The notes: a model not told the origin generated them from the sequence alone. A stretch of 58,488 nucleotides of DNA, filler included, from Candidatus Hydrogenedentota bacterium (GCA_040752395.1; 4 parts of 4 records of this genome joined end to end with filler, not necessarily neighbours in it); one strand, 5' to 3'. Shown: positions 48,323 through 58,488, counted from the whole stretch's first letter. Numbers and translations are program-made.

Positions 48323-48395
48323 AGCCATCGAAGGGACTTGAACCCCCGACCTAGTGATTACAAATCACTTGCTCTACCCACTGAGCTACGATGGC
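48323..48395 (-). tRNA. tRNA-Thr(UGU), CCA not encoded
   Basis: GCCATCG acceptor stem, TAGCTCAGTGGGTAGAGC D-arm, AGTGA-TTTGTAA-TCACT anticodon arm, GGTTCAAGTCC T-loop. Confidence 0.95.
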
Positions 48396-48518
48396 ACGAA
48401 ACTATTTCTATAATTTTTTATTTTTTATTGTCAAGAATTTTCAAAATCTTTATACTTAATAAAAACCGTAATGAACTTCATTACGTTCTATACAATATAC
48501 TTTTTCAAAGGATATTAT

Positions 48519-48869
48519 ATGCCTTCTAAATATGCTAAAAAGCTTAAATGTTTTCAAAACCCACAAAAAAATAGAGATTATGAAATATTTATTGATACCA
48601 CTGAATTCACTTGCCTCTGCCCTTTGACCGGACAACCTGATTTCGCAAGGATTATTATTAAATATATCCCTGATAAATTGTGTGTTGAACTTAAATCGTT
48701 GAAATTGTACCTTGGCTCATACAGAAATCAAGGCGCTTTTCACGAAAAAGTTGTTAATCAAATCTTAAATGATATCATAAAAACTATCTCGCCAAGAAAA
48801 ATTAATGTTATCGGTATCTTTAATATCCGCGGTGGCATTAAAACCACCGTGAAAGTATCTTACCCATAA
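48519..48869 (+). CDS. queF: NADPH-dependent 7-cyano-7-deazaguanine reductase
   Basis: EFTCLCPLTGQPDFA, ELKSLKLYL, FHE, RGGI. Confidence 0.95.
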   Translation: MPSKYAKKLKCFQNPQKNRDYEIFIDTTEFTCLCPLTGQPDFARIIIKYIPDKLCVELKSLKLYLGSYRNQGAFHEKVVNQILNDIIKTISPRKINVIGIFNIRGGIKTTVKVSYP

Positions 48870-48964
48870 TTTGGAACTAATTTTGCTCCTTTCATAAAGA
48901 TTTGGCAGTTATTAGTCGATATTTATACTAATATTATTATAATTTACTATTTATATCACTTATA

Positions 48965-50719
48965 ATGAAACCAATTATTTGTATATTTTTTTCTACACTC
49001 ATAGTTAATTTTTTCTCCTTTAACTATCTTAATGCTAAGGATTTTTATATTAAAGGCAAAACTGACATTAGATTAATAAATACAGGCATAGATAATGAAA
49101 ATATTAGTGGTTACCCACCTGATTTTTCCTCTGAGGTAATGATTGATCTATATGGGAAATTTGCTGAACTTGATTTTAAAAGTAAATTTGAGGTTATTTA
49201 CGATAGATTTGATTCAACAAAAATTAAAAGAATGAACCTTTGTTTCTCTAAAGAAAACCTTCTTGTTGAACTCGGTGATGTTAGGGCATCTTTCTCCGAA
49301 TTCACTCTCTTAAATAGAGAACTACTCGGTATCTTATATTCCCAGGACTTTTTTAGGGGCGGACTTGTTATCGATGAAGATTATAAAAATAATATCAGAC
49401 TCCAATTACTTAAAATCCCTCTTAAACGTAGAGAAAATCTTGAAGAAATACTTCATCTAAGTAGAATTAATATACCTTACTTTTATAAAAATCGATTGAT
49501 GCTTGTACTTGGCCAGACTGAAGAAGATGTGGAACTCGGTGAAAAAATTGATTTCCAGAATGGTAGACTCTCTGAAAGGGTCATCTTCCAGCAGGCCGGC
49601 TATGGATTACGATTTGAATCTTGTGTAACAAGTTATGTCGAACTCGCTCTTAACCTTTTCGCAGTTGAAGACGATGAAAAATCGCTTACTCGAAGAATCG
49701 GACCTAATAATCCTATCACCCCAATCTTAGCTAAAGTCGGAAGTCTTGAAACACGATGGAAATTCTTAAATGATAGATGGGAATTTAGAACTGAAACCGC
49801 ACGTAATGAGTATAATCCCAATCTCTATCTCGGAGCCTCTAATAAACGTCGGGATAACGCTTATAAAGCTGAATTGTTGTCTAATACTAAAATCGTTGAT
49901 TGCGATATAGAACTAAAAAGAATTGAACCGAATTTCTATACCGCCGGAAATCAAAGCACACTCGGTACTAACGATAGACAAGGACTCTATTCGCTCTTTA
50001 ATATCCGACCCACTAAATATAATAACTTTAGATTACGTATAAATCGTTATCGAGATAACCTCGATGCCAATCTTAATTACACAACTACTACTTCGTTATA
50101 TGAACTGAATTGGTATCTAAATATCCCCCTCTGGCCATCACTCACTTTTACTCTGAGACATAATAGAGAAAACTCAACTTTCGCTCCATCACAGATTACT
50201 CAGACTAAAAAAAATTATACGAATTTTTACGGAATAAATATCTCTTATCCAATCCAATATGTTACTTTTAATACTTTCTTCTCTTATGTGGATTATAATG
50301 ATAGAAATTTATATTCAATTAATCTGGCAAGGTCAGATTATGATAATAGAAATTTTTACACCTCGCTATCGCTAACACCAATTAAAGATTTAAATCTTCA
50401 AATAAAATATTACAGAAATAGTATAAACTTTGGTTATACTAATTTCAAATCTATTGATAGACGTGGTGGCATCTTTGCCTCCTATAATATCTATCCTGAT
50501 AAATTAAATGCAACACTTGAAACTAACTACGGTAAAACTAATAGCCAATCTTATAAAATTACTCATAAGAATTTACGATTAGGCTTTGACCTCATTCTAA
50601 GTGAAAATGATAAAATTTTACTTGAAGTAAAAAAAGATGAAGATGATTATACTCCAGATGATAACATTAGAGAATATTCCGCTACAGTTGGACAGATAAG
50701 ATACCAGAGGAAGTTTTAA
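48965..50719 (+). CDS. Outer-membrane beta-barrel protein, paralog of the C-terminal domain of 43891-46518
   Basis: Signal peptide; shared FQNG…GYGLR…VEDDE…RIxPxFxxAGN blocks; C-terminal Phe. Confidence 0.7.
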   Translation: MKPIICIFFSTLIVNFFSFNYLNAKDFYIKGKTDIRLINTGIDNENISGYPPDFSSEVMIDLYGKFAELDFKSKFEVIYDRFDSTKIKRMNLCFSKENLLVELGDVRASFSEFTLLNRELLGILYSQDFFRGGLVIDEDYKNNIRLQLLKIPLKRRENLEEILHLSRINIPYFYKNRLMLVLGQTEEDVELGEKIDFQNGRLSERVIFQQAGYGLRFESCVTSYVELALNLFAVEDDEKSLTRRIGPNNPITPILAKVGSLETRWKFLNDRWEFRTETARNEYNPNLYLGASNKRRDNAYKAELLSNTKIVDCDIELKRIEPNFYTAGNQSTLGTNDRQGLYSLFNIRPTKYNNFRLRINRYRDNLDANLNYTTTTSLYELNWYLNIPLWPSLTFTLRHNRENSTFAPSQITQTKKNYTNFYGINISYPIQYVTFNTFFSYVDYNDRNLYSINLARSDYDNRNFYTSLSLTPIKDLNLQIKYYRNSINFGYTNFKSIDRRGGIFASYNIYPDKLNATLETNYGKTNSQSYKITHKNLRLGFDLILSENDKILLEVKKDEDDYTPDDNIREYSATVGQIRYQRKF

Positions 50720-51828
50720 TGAAAAAAATTTACACCCTTTGTTTGCTGATTTTAGTTTCCTGTACACCACCTAAAATTTATACTGCAAGACACCATTTCA
50801 AAAATCAAGACTTCGATAAAAGTTTTAATGATTATAACTCCATTTTAAAAAATAGATTAGCTTACCCTACAAGATTTCAAGCTGAAATAGGACTTATCTG
50901 GAGCGCATATAACAAGAATGATTATAAAAAAGTCATAGAAGAAATTAATAAAGTTAGAATAGATTTTAAATCTACTATACCAGAAGATTGGCTGCTTGTC
51001 ATCGAGGCATTCTCATATTTCCACCTTAATAATTACTCATATACTGTTACCATCGCTGATAAATTGATTAATAAATATCCTGATTCTTACTTTGTTGAAG
51101 ATGCTTATTATCTTAAAGGCCGGGCTAATGAAGAATTGAAAAAATATGAAGAAGCTGAATTGGCTTATGAACGATTTTTGAAAATTTATTCCTCTCCCTT
51201 ATACTTGAAAGATGTTTTGTTTGGCTATTATTCCTCACTATATGCTCTGAAAAAATATGAAAGAGCAATCCAGATACTCCTTACTTATCTCGAGTATTTC
51301 AAAGAAGAAAAAGAAAAAAATATTGAATATATTTACGATCTCGGTTATATGTCAAGCGAATTGGGAAGATTCATAGAAGCTGTTAATTATTATGAAGAAT
51401 ATTTAAGAGCTAATGGACAATTCCATAAATATGAGATTATCTACTATCTCGCAAAATATTACGCAGATACCGATGAAGAAGATAAAGCCGCAAGATATTT
51501 TAATACCATCCTCAAAGATATAACTGATTTCTCTGAAGAAGATTATATCCACCTCTGGCTGGGAACCCATTATTTAAGAAAAGATAAAAAAAATCTCGCT
51601 ATGCAACATTTTAAAACCCTCTTTCTTAAAGGTCTCAATTGTAACTATTTTGAAGATGCATTGTTCTTTATACCTCAAATTGAAGAACTACAGGGTGAAT
51701 ATAATGAAGCTATCCTCGATTATGCAAGATATTTGACTTATTTCCCAAAAGGTAAATTCGCCGATACCGTTAACCGTAAAATTACTGATTTGAGCTTGAA
51801 AAATGTTGAAAATAAAAAATCTCCTTGA
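50719..51828 (+). CDS. TPR-repeat lipoprotein
   Basis: Lipobox LVSC; YPDS/FPKG TPR turns; translationally coupled to the barrel gene. Confidence 0.8.
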   Translation: MKKIYTLCLLILVSCTPPKIYTARHHFKNQDFDKSFNDYNSILKNRLAYPTRFQAEIGLIWSAYNKNDYKKVIEEINKVRIDFKSTIPEDWLLVIEAFSYFHLNNYSYTVTIADKLINKYPDSYFVEDAYYLKGRANEELKKYEEAELAYERFLKIYSSPLYLKDVLFGYYSSLYALKKYERAIQILLTYLEYFKEEKEKNIEYIYDLGYMSSELGRFIEAVNYYEEYLRANGQFHKYEIIYYLAKYYADTDEEDKAARYFNTILKDITDFSEEDYIHLWLGTHYLRKDKKNLAMQHFKTLFLKGLNCNYFEDALFFIPQIEELQGEYNEAILDYARYLTYFPKGKFADTVNRKITDLSLKNVENKKSP

Positions 51829-53836
51829 TAGTAACTGGGATTATCTCTGTTATCCATACATCCTTTCTATCGCCTTCCTTACACCACTTGTTTTCTCTAA
51901 TGATACCATTAGAGTTAGACTCTTCAAAACTACTTATTTTATTACCTCAGTGTTCATTGCTCTGTTGATATTTTTATTCTGCTCTAATCAAAAAATAAAA
52001 ATAATAAAACTATACTACGGTTTGACCCTTTATATTTTTATTTCCATTATCTCGGCAGTTATCTCACCTTATTATCCATACTCCTTTGATGAGGTGTTGA
52101 ATACTCTCGCTTTCTCCATCTTTATGATAATGATTATCAATTTGACAATATCCGTAGATAAATTTTTAATTGATCTCGGTGTAATTGTCTTCATAACTCT
52201 ATCCTTCGCTATATTAGAAAAATTTGGGTTCAACCCTTTAAATCTACCTTCTTTCGAACCCGGTAGAATATCTGGAACACTTATTAACCCCAACTTCTTC
52301 GCTGATTTCCTCTCAGGAATCATCCCTTTATTCCTCTTTATGTCTTTACTCCATAATAATATAAAAAAGTCTGTTTACTTCTTTCTTGTATCCATTTCAT
52401 CTATTGTCTGTCTGCTCTTAAGTAAATCAAGGACAGGCGTAATCGCGGTAGGGGTTTCTATAGTTTTTTATATTTTGATCGGCTTGGTTTTAAGCTCTTT
52501 TAAAGTAAACCCTTTCTCACGAAAAAAATTCATAACAGGTATAATAATTTTATTTGTAGTTATTGATTCATTACATTTTACAAATCTCACTAAAACCCTG
52601 ATCAAACGATTTGAAACAGCTTTGTCCTTCCAAGAAAATGAACCTTTTATGCAACGCATCTCTATCTGGGAAAGCGCTACTAATATATGCCGCGACTACT
52701 TTTGGTTCGGATCAGGACCCGGAACATTTAAACTTTATTACCCAATGTATAAATTGCCTCTTATGTGGAAAATTAGTTCACCTCTCTTTGCTGAAAAAGC
52801 CCATCAACAATACCTCGAATTTATCTCCGAAAAAGGACTCGCCGGCCTCCTCTCTTTCACCCTCTTCTTTATTGTCTTCTTTATAGAATGCTCTAAACTC
52901 TTTTATTCTAATATCAATAAAAGACCGATTGTGTTTTCATCACTCACCGCTATTACCGCTCTCTCAATATCAGGACTCGCTAGCACCGTAGGACAAACTG
53001 AACCACCTCGAATGGTCTTCGCTATCTTATTGGCTTTACCATTTGTTAATACATATCCCAAACATTCTTTAAAAAAAACTAACATAGGTGTTGGCATCGC
53101 TCCCATTCTTACTCTTATTGTCTTAATAGCTATATTAGCTACATCAAAGTACTTCTACGCTGATGTCTATGGATATAAAGCCTCTAAAAATAGATTAATT
53201 AATAAACAAAATAATAACAATACCCTGACTATTAAAATGCTTAAAATCGCTAAATCTTTTAATCCCTATAAACCTAATTTTACTAATGACCTCGATGAAG
53301 TTTATGGCTATGATAACGATTATAAAAACCAAATTGATAATTTTGATTCTGCTTTTAAATGCTATTTCACTTTCCCTTTGTATCTTCTTAATCAAGCTAA
53401 TATTTATTTGAATCTGAACCAATTTGATATGGCTGAAAAATTATATAAAAAATCTATCCGAATAAATTGTTTTTATCCAAACCCCTATTTTATGCTCGGT
53501 AGCACCTATCTTAGATTAAAAAAATATAAAGAAGCTCTCAAACCATCTCTCCATTATATCTCTCTACAAGGAGATAATACCCTTATTTATAAAATGATAG
53601 CTGATATATATATGTTGAACGAAGATTATGAAAATGTTGTAAAATGGATAACTTATTCCCGTACACATAATGCATGGTTCCCTGATTTCTCCTTCTCGAA
53701 TGTATATGCTTATTACAAATTAAACCGTAAAAATCTCGCTTATTCTGTACTAAAACAAGAACTTAATTTTTTCCCTCAAGACCAGAGACTAAAAGATATT
53801 GAAATTGCTCTAAAAAAAGAACTTAATATCCAATAA
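51803..53836 (+). CDS. O-antigen ligase/O-oligosaccharyltransferase family (Wzy_C) protein with C-terminal TPRs
   Basis: GTLINPNF, SKSRTG, RISIW, GSGPGTF, AHQQYLE. Confidence 0.85.
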   Translation: MLKIKNLLDSNWDYLCYPYILSIAFLTPLVFSNDTIRVRLFKTTYFITSVFIALLIFLFCSNQKIKIIKLYYGLTLYIFISIISAVISPYYPYSFDEVLNTLAFSIFMIMIINLTISVDKFLIDLGVIVFITLSFAILEKFGFNPLNLPSFEPGRISGTLINPNFFADFLSGIIPLFLFMSLLHNNIKKSVYFFLVSISSIVCLLLSKSRTGVIAVGVSIVFYILIGLVLSSFKVNPFSRKKFITGIIILFVVIDSLHFTNLTKTLIKRFETALSFQENEPFMQRISIWESATNICRDYFWFGSGPGTFKLYYPMYKLPLMWKISSPLFAEKAHQQYLEFISEKGLAGLLSFTLFFIVFFIECSKLFYSNINKRPIVFSSLTAITALSISGLASTVGQTEPPRMVFAILLALPFVNTYPKHSLKKTNIGVGIAPILTLIVLIAILATSKYFYADVYGYKASKNRLINKQNNNNTLTIKMLKIAKSFNPYKPNFTNDLDEVYGYDNDYKNQIDNFDSAFKCYFTFPLYLLNQANIYLNLNQFDMAEKLYKKSIRINCFYPNPYFMLGSTYLRLKKYKEALKPSLHYISLQGDNTLIYKMIADIYMLNEDYENVVKWITYSRTHNAWFPDFSFSNVYAYYKLNRKNLAYSVLKQELNFFPQDQRLKDIEIALKKELNIQ

Positions 53837-53970
53837 TAAAGTAATAATTTCGCTTCTTAAAATAACCTCGAATCTTAATTTTAATAATACCAGATTGTAA
53901 ATTATCGTAAAAAATGGTACGTTTTTTGTTAGATAAATAATTTTAGCTTTATTACCGATATAAAGTTTAT

Positions 53971-55539
53971 ATGAGATTTCTATTTATTATTTTTATACTT
54001 ACACTATTTTTTACCCATACTGCTTTCGCTGACATCTCCTCTCAAGCAGGACGAGCAGCAGCCCCTTTCCTTAAAATTAGTCTCGGTGCCCGGCCAACCG
54101 GCCTCGGTGAATCCTTTGTCGCTATCTCTGATGATGTAGATGCTATTAACTGGAACCCAGCAGGACTCGCTTATCTTAAGTACCCACAACTATCTACCTC
54201 ACATATCGAATTTTTTCAGGATATTAATTTTGAAGCCATTAATTATGCTCACCCTGTAAAAAATATCGGCGTCACTGGTATCGGATTTATTCTAATGTAT
54301 ATGCCACCTATAACTAAAACTATTTTGACTCAAAATAAATCTGATGTCATCGAAGTAGGTACTTTTATTGTTCGTGATATGGCACTTAGTTTATCACTCG
54401 CTCGCTCCCTGACTGATAATTTGTCCATGGGTACCTCACTCAAACTCGTACAACAAAGAATAGATGTCGCCACTAATAATGGCATCCTATTTGATGTCGG
54501 CCTCTTGTATAAAAATAAATCTCGTAGATTCTCCATCGGAGCTAATTTACAAAACTTTGGTGAATTTGAAATCGATAGAGCACCGATTACATTACGACTC
54601 GGCACCGCTTATTATATAATCCCTTATAAATTACTCATCGCCGCTGGCTCTAATATATTTTTTGATAATAACCCTGTTTACTCTGTTGGCATTGAATATA
54701 ATGTCGCTACCGCTCTTACTCTAAGAGCCGGTTATAATTATAAATATAAATCTAAATCTGATAGATTAATCCTGAATGAATTTACCGCCGGAGCAGGCTT
54801 TAGATACGAAAATTTCTACCTCGATTATGCTTATGTCCCTTATGGCGTCCTCGGTGATTCCCATAGACTCTCCGCTAAATTCGCTTTCGGTAAACCTGTA
54901 ACACCTAAATTAATCATTAAAGACATCTTTACACCACAATTTGAATCAAAAAAGAGAATAGGAGACTCGTATAAAGATATTGATTGGGAAGCAGGTAAAA
55001 TCGGAGTCCTTAGAGGACTACCACCTGAAGGTAATAAACTAACTTTTGTCTTCTTACCACAAAAGAAAATTATAGAACCAGAACAAACCATTATCTCCCC
55101 TGAAATTGAACCACTTAAACCTTTAAAAAATGAAAAACTCCAAAGTATTCAAAAAAATCTCCAGGATTTGCTTGAAGATGAATTATCAATAGAAATGAAT
55201 AAACAAGCTAACTTTTGCTTCCTTAATGGTAACTATTATGAAGCTATTGATTTGTACTTGAAAATATTAAAGAAATATCCCTCTACCTATATAATAAAAT
55301 ATAACATAGCGGGTATTTATTATTCACTCGGACTATTTGATGAAGCTATCAAATGGTATAAAGATGCTATTAATGATAACCCTTTTGACCCTGACTCTTT
55401 TTTCTGGCTCGGATTTTCTTATTATAAGATAAAAGATATTGAAAATGCTAAAATTATATGGCGGAAAACAATAGAGATTGACCCCGAAAATATTATCTGT
55501 AAACTTAATCTAAAAGCTCTGGAAAATACTAATAATTAA
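53971..55539 (+). CDS. PorV/PorQ-like barrel protein with C-terminal TPRs
   Basis: FLKISLGARPTGLGESF…WNPAGL…LRAGY…DYAYVPYGVLGDSHR; TPR tail. Confidence 0.8.
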   Translation: MRFLFIIFILTLFFTHTAFADISSQAGRAAAPFLKISLGARPTGLGESFVAISDDVDAINWNPAGLAYLKYPQLSTSHIEFFQDINFEAINYAHPVKNIGVTGIGFILMYMPPITKTILTQNKSDVIEVGTFIVRDMALSLSLARSLTDNLSMGTSLKLVQQRIDVATNNGILFDVGLLYKNKSRRFSIGANLQNFGEFEIDRAPITLRLGTAYYIIPYKLLIAAGSNIFFDNNPVYSVGIEYNVATALTLRAGYNYKYKSKSDRLILNEFTAGAGFRYENFYLDYAYVPYGVLGDSHRLSAKFAFGKPVTPKLIIKDIFTPQFESKKRIGDSYKDIDWEAGKIGVLRGLPPEGNKLTFVFLPQKKIIEPEQTIISPEIEPLKPLKNEKLQSIQKNLQDLLEDELSIEMNKQANFCFLNGNYYEAIDLYLKILKKYPSTYIIKYNIAGIYYSLGLFDEAIKWYKDAINDNPFDPDSFFWLGFSYYKIKDIENAKIIWRKTIEIDPENIICKLNLKALENTNN

Positions 55540-55743
55540 TATTTTTTATATTTATTACTCTTAATGGTTAAAAATTACCCATTACTCCTAACCACTTCCT
55601 TAAAATATTTCTTTTATAAATTATTACTAAATTTATACTTGAATCTATTGAAGTTATAAATTAAAAATTTTACCACGCAAATATATTATAAGGAATACTT
55701 ATTGCTCTCTTAATAGTAATTTTTGTAATGATTATGTATTAAA

Positions 55744-58488
55744 ATGATTGACATTATTGATATTATAAAGGTAAACAAAACTAAAATTTTATGGTTATCT
55801 CTAATATCCATTTTCACCTCCATTTACCCACTTAATGCCGCTTTAAAAATTCCAGGCGATACTGATAATTATTCAGTTCTAAACCCTTTTATGGCCCAAG
55901 CACCCTGTACCGCTGTATTTAAACTGTCTAATTATTATGACTCCGGTCCTTTATCTGATACTGATTCCGCTGATTTCTCCGAAGATTCACCCAATATTAT
56001 CTTCTGTGATACTTTCGCTAACCCATATTCCCCTATCTCTTCTGCTTATATCGGCGATACACTCTATATCGTTTTAAGTGATAGAGATGAAAATAACTCC
56101 TTTATGTTCAACGGAATTGATACATCTTCTGATTTCCAAGATACCGTCTATGTTACTATAACAAGCACTATAGGCAATGATACTATTATTAAACTCATCT
56201 TAGAAGAAGCTATTAATACAGCCGTCTTTAGAGACTCTATTATTTTATCATCTCAATTATCTAATGACACTTATTTATTAGTCGGTGATGGTGATACTGT
56301 TATACTTCGCTATGAATCTGATATAAAACCTTCACTCGAATTCGATACTTATTTGCTTACAGTTATTAATTGTCCACAAACTTTTGGAGTGTTAAGATTT
56401 ACAAGAAGTAATAATCAATCAACTGATACCTATAATATAGCTGATTTTATTTATCTGACTTTAACTGACCTCGATAGAAATAATAATCCAAAAATTAAAG
56501 ATACCGTCGTCATTACTATAACAAGTGCTATCGCCAAAGATACTGCTATAATTACTCTCGTCGAAACTACTGAAACTAGCGCATTCTTTACTAACGCACC
56601 TGATACCGGCGTAATCTCTACTGACTCAACTTCAACTACTTCAACTGATACAATTATTCTTGTCGCAAATGGGGATACTATCACAGCCTATTTTAATGAT
56701 ACTGAAAATGGCGATACACCTACTGATACCGCTATTATGTATCAACTCCGGACTAACTCAAATGTAGAGTTCATCCGAAGTGATTGGAGTTTAGCAGATA
56801 CATATTTATTAGGAAGTGAGATAGTATATGTAGTAGTGACTGATGCAGACCGAAACAATAATCCAATAGTAGTGGAAAGTGTAGTAGTGACAGTATATAG
56901 CACATATACGAGTGATAGCGTAATAATAGTATTAAATGAGACCAGTGATCGTGGTGGTGTATTTGTAGGAAGTATGGATATAACAGACAGTAAGCCAGTA
57001 GTGTATGGAGATACAGAGTTATTAGTAAGCGATGGGGACACAATAACAGTCTGGGACACAGACAATCGAGCACCGATAGATAGCGATATAGACACAGCAG
57101 TGATAAAAAGAAAACAAACCTATGTTGATGTGGAATTTATTAATGAACTTAATATAAGAGTAGATACATATCTTATTGGGACCAAAGCTTATGTTATAGT
57201 GACAGATTATGACCAAAATATAAATCCTATAGAAACACAAGTGATAACCGTAACGTTATATAGCCAGATAACTGGTGACACAGCAATATTAGTCCTAACA
57301 GAAACAACTGATAGAAGTGGTATATTTAGTGGTGGAGTCGGTGTAATATTAAGTGATACTTTATATTTAATTGGCGGAGACAGTGTATTATTAGTTGGTG
57401 ATGGTGATACAATTAGTGTTTGGGATACTGATTACTATCATAATGATAGTGAGTATGATACCGCCATAATGATTCAACCACTTACTCCATCTCAAATATT
57501 AATGGTTAATTTAAATGAAATTGATACAGATATAATTTATATAAGCTATGATAAAGTTTTTATTATTTTAACAGACCTTAATAGAAATAATAATCCAATT
57601 TTGCAAGAACTAATTCAGATTACAATTTATTCACGAGATTCAAAAGATACTGAGATAATTTATTTAACTGAAACAGGGGAGCGAACTGGAATATTTAAAA
57701 ATTTACCATCTGTCCCTGGTGGTAACGGTTTACGAACCTCTGATACAACTGGTTTGTTGTTAAATGATAATATTCTTGCCTTAAATGATGATGATTCTCT
57801 AACTGCTAAATATGTAGACATAGAAGATACACTGGACCTCTCGTTTGATACCTCGTCAGCCGAACAGGTATCTACACTATCAAAAGTCTTAATAATGGAT
57901 TCTTATGGTTTTGATGCTGTAATTGTTTTTATAGGCGATTCTATATATATCATTGTTACTGACATAGACCAAAATAATAATGTAAGAACACCTGATACTA
58001 TTCAGATAACCATTATTAGCGATATAGGTGAAGACACCGTTATTGTAACTTTAACCGAAACATCTGATACAAGTGGTGTGTTTGGAGATAGCAATGTTTG
58101 GAATAATGGTTTTGCAATTATTACAAGCGATTCTTTGGGGAGCTCATTAAATGACCTAATTCTTTTGTTGGGTGATAATGATACCATCACATTAGAATAT
58201 GAAGATGATGAACCTGAACAATGGATTGATACTGCTCTTGATTCTGTACCAGTAAGACAAAAAATTTCTTTAGGAGAGATAGATTTTATAGATAGAAATA
58301 ATAAGAAAATAGATACATATATAATAGGAGATAGTCTGATATACATAATAGTGACAGATATAGACAAGAACAATCAGCCAAGGATGCGGGATACAGTAGT
58401 AGTAACTTTATGGAGTACAATCGGGCAAGATACAGAGATAGTAGTATTAACTGAAGTTTATGATACAGCAGGAGTATTTAGTGACACG
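55744..58488 (+). CDS. Large secreted/surface protein with at least 7 tandem ~120-aa beta-rich repeats, 3'-truncated
   Basis: Open frame of 915 codons from ATG 55744, absent from the ORF track because it has no stop; signal peptide; repeat DTYxIGxxxYIxVTDxDxNNNP…DTxxVT…LxET…GxF…LLVxDGDTI. Confidence 0.88.
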   Translation, partial: MIDIIDIIKVNKTKILWLSLISIFTSIYPLNAALKIPGDTDNYSVLNPFMAQAPCTAVFKLSNYYDSGPLSDTDSADFSEDSPNIIFCDTFANPYSPISSAYIGDTLYIVLSDRDENNSFMFNGIDTSSDFQDTVYVTITSTIGNDTIIKLILEEAINTAVFRDSIILSSQLSNDTYLLVGDGDTVILRYESDIKPSLEFDTYLLTVINCPQTFGVLRFTRSNNQSTDTYNIADFIYLTLTDLDRNNNPKIKDTVVITITSAIAKDTAIITLVETTETSAFFTNAPDTGVISTDSTSTTSTDTIILVANGDTITAYFNDTENGDTPTDTAIMYQLRTNSNVEFIRSDWSLADTYLLGSEIVYVVVTDADRNNNPIVVESVVVTVYSTYTSDSVIIVLNETSDRGGVFVGSMDITDSKPVVYGDTELLVSDGDTITVWDTDNRAPIDSDIDTAVIKRKQTYVDVEFINELNIRVDTYLIGTKAYVIVTDYDQNINPIETQVITVTLYSQITGDTAILVLTETTDRSGIFSGGVGVILSDTLYLIGGDSVLLVGDGDTISVWDTDYYHNDSEYDTAIMIQPLTPSQILMVNLNEIDTDIIYISYDKVFIILTDLNRNNNPILQELIQITIYSRDSKDTEIIYLTETGERTGIFKNLPSVPGGNGLRTSDTTGLLLNDNILALNDDDSLTAKYVDIEDTLDLSFDTSSAEQVSTLSKVLIMDSYGFDAVIVFIGDSIYIIVTDIDQNNNVRTPDTIQITIISDIGEDTVIVTLTETSDTSGVFGDSNVWNNGFAIITSDSLGSSLNDLILLLGDNDTITLEYEDDEPEQWIDTALDSVPVRQKISLGEIDFIDRNNKKIDTYIIGDSLIYIIVTDIDKNNQPRMRDTVVVTLWSTIGQDTEIVVLTEVYDTAGVFSDT

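Noticed and set aside
48338-48529. 63-aa ORF
   Set aside because: Antisense to tRNA-Thr.
56451-58373. Minus-strand ORFs, plus the many short antisense ORFs elsewhere in the track
   Set aside because: Shadows of longer, motif-bearing genes on the opposite strand.

Overview
AT-rich sequence from a diderm bacterium, probably a MAG (inference). It is four contigs joined by artificial 100-nt N44-TTAATTAATTAA-N44 linkers (10636-10735, 37607-37706, 48050-48149), with one scaffold gap (6516-6615). Contig 1 (minus strand) overlaps contig 2 by 191 bp, so together they read as one ~37 kb locus: malic enzyme, lolA, rimO, cysC, a wHTH regulator and a NusG-paralog antiterminator, followed by a very large surface-glycan cluster. 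That cluster encodes a nonulosonate synthase, a cytidylyltransferase-aminotransferase fusion, a WbuX/HisH/HisF amidotransferase trio, three B12-binding radical SAM enzymes, a flippase, an aldolase plus KdsB-like pair, a sulfotransferase and a GtrB-like module. Contig 3 holds a co-oriented array of small genes (HicAB, two MNT-HEPN pairs, four retropepsin-like proteases, remnants), then a TPR lipoprotein, a PorV-like/beta-barrel fusion and wecA. Contig 4 holds tRNA-Thr(UGU), queF, a second barrel plus TPR pair, an O-antigen-ligase-TPR protein, a PorV-TPR protein and a large repetitive secreted protein. The most unusual signal is a family of nested, modular, palindromic intergenic elements. They are anchored on Shine-Dalgarno sequences (…TTTTCAGAGGAG), contain the RBS or stop codon of neighbouring genes and even encode a signal peptide, and they punctuate the cassette-like toxin-antitoxin/protease array. 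No cognate recombinase or transposase is in the window.
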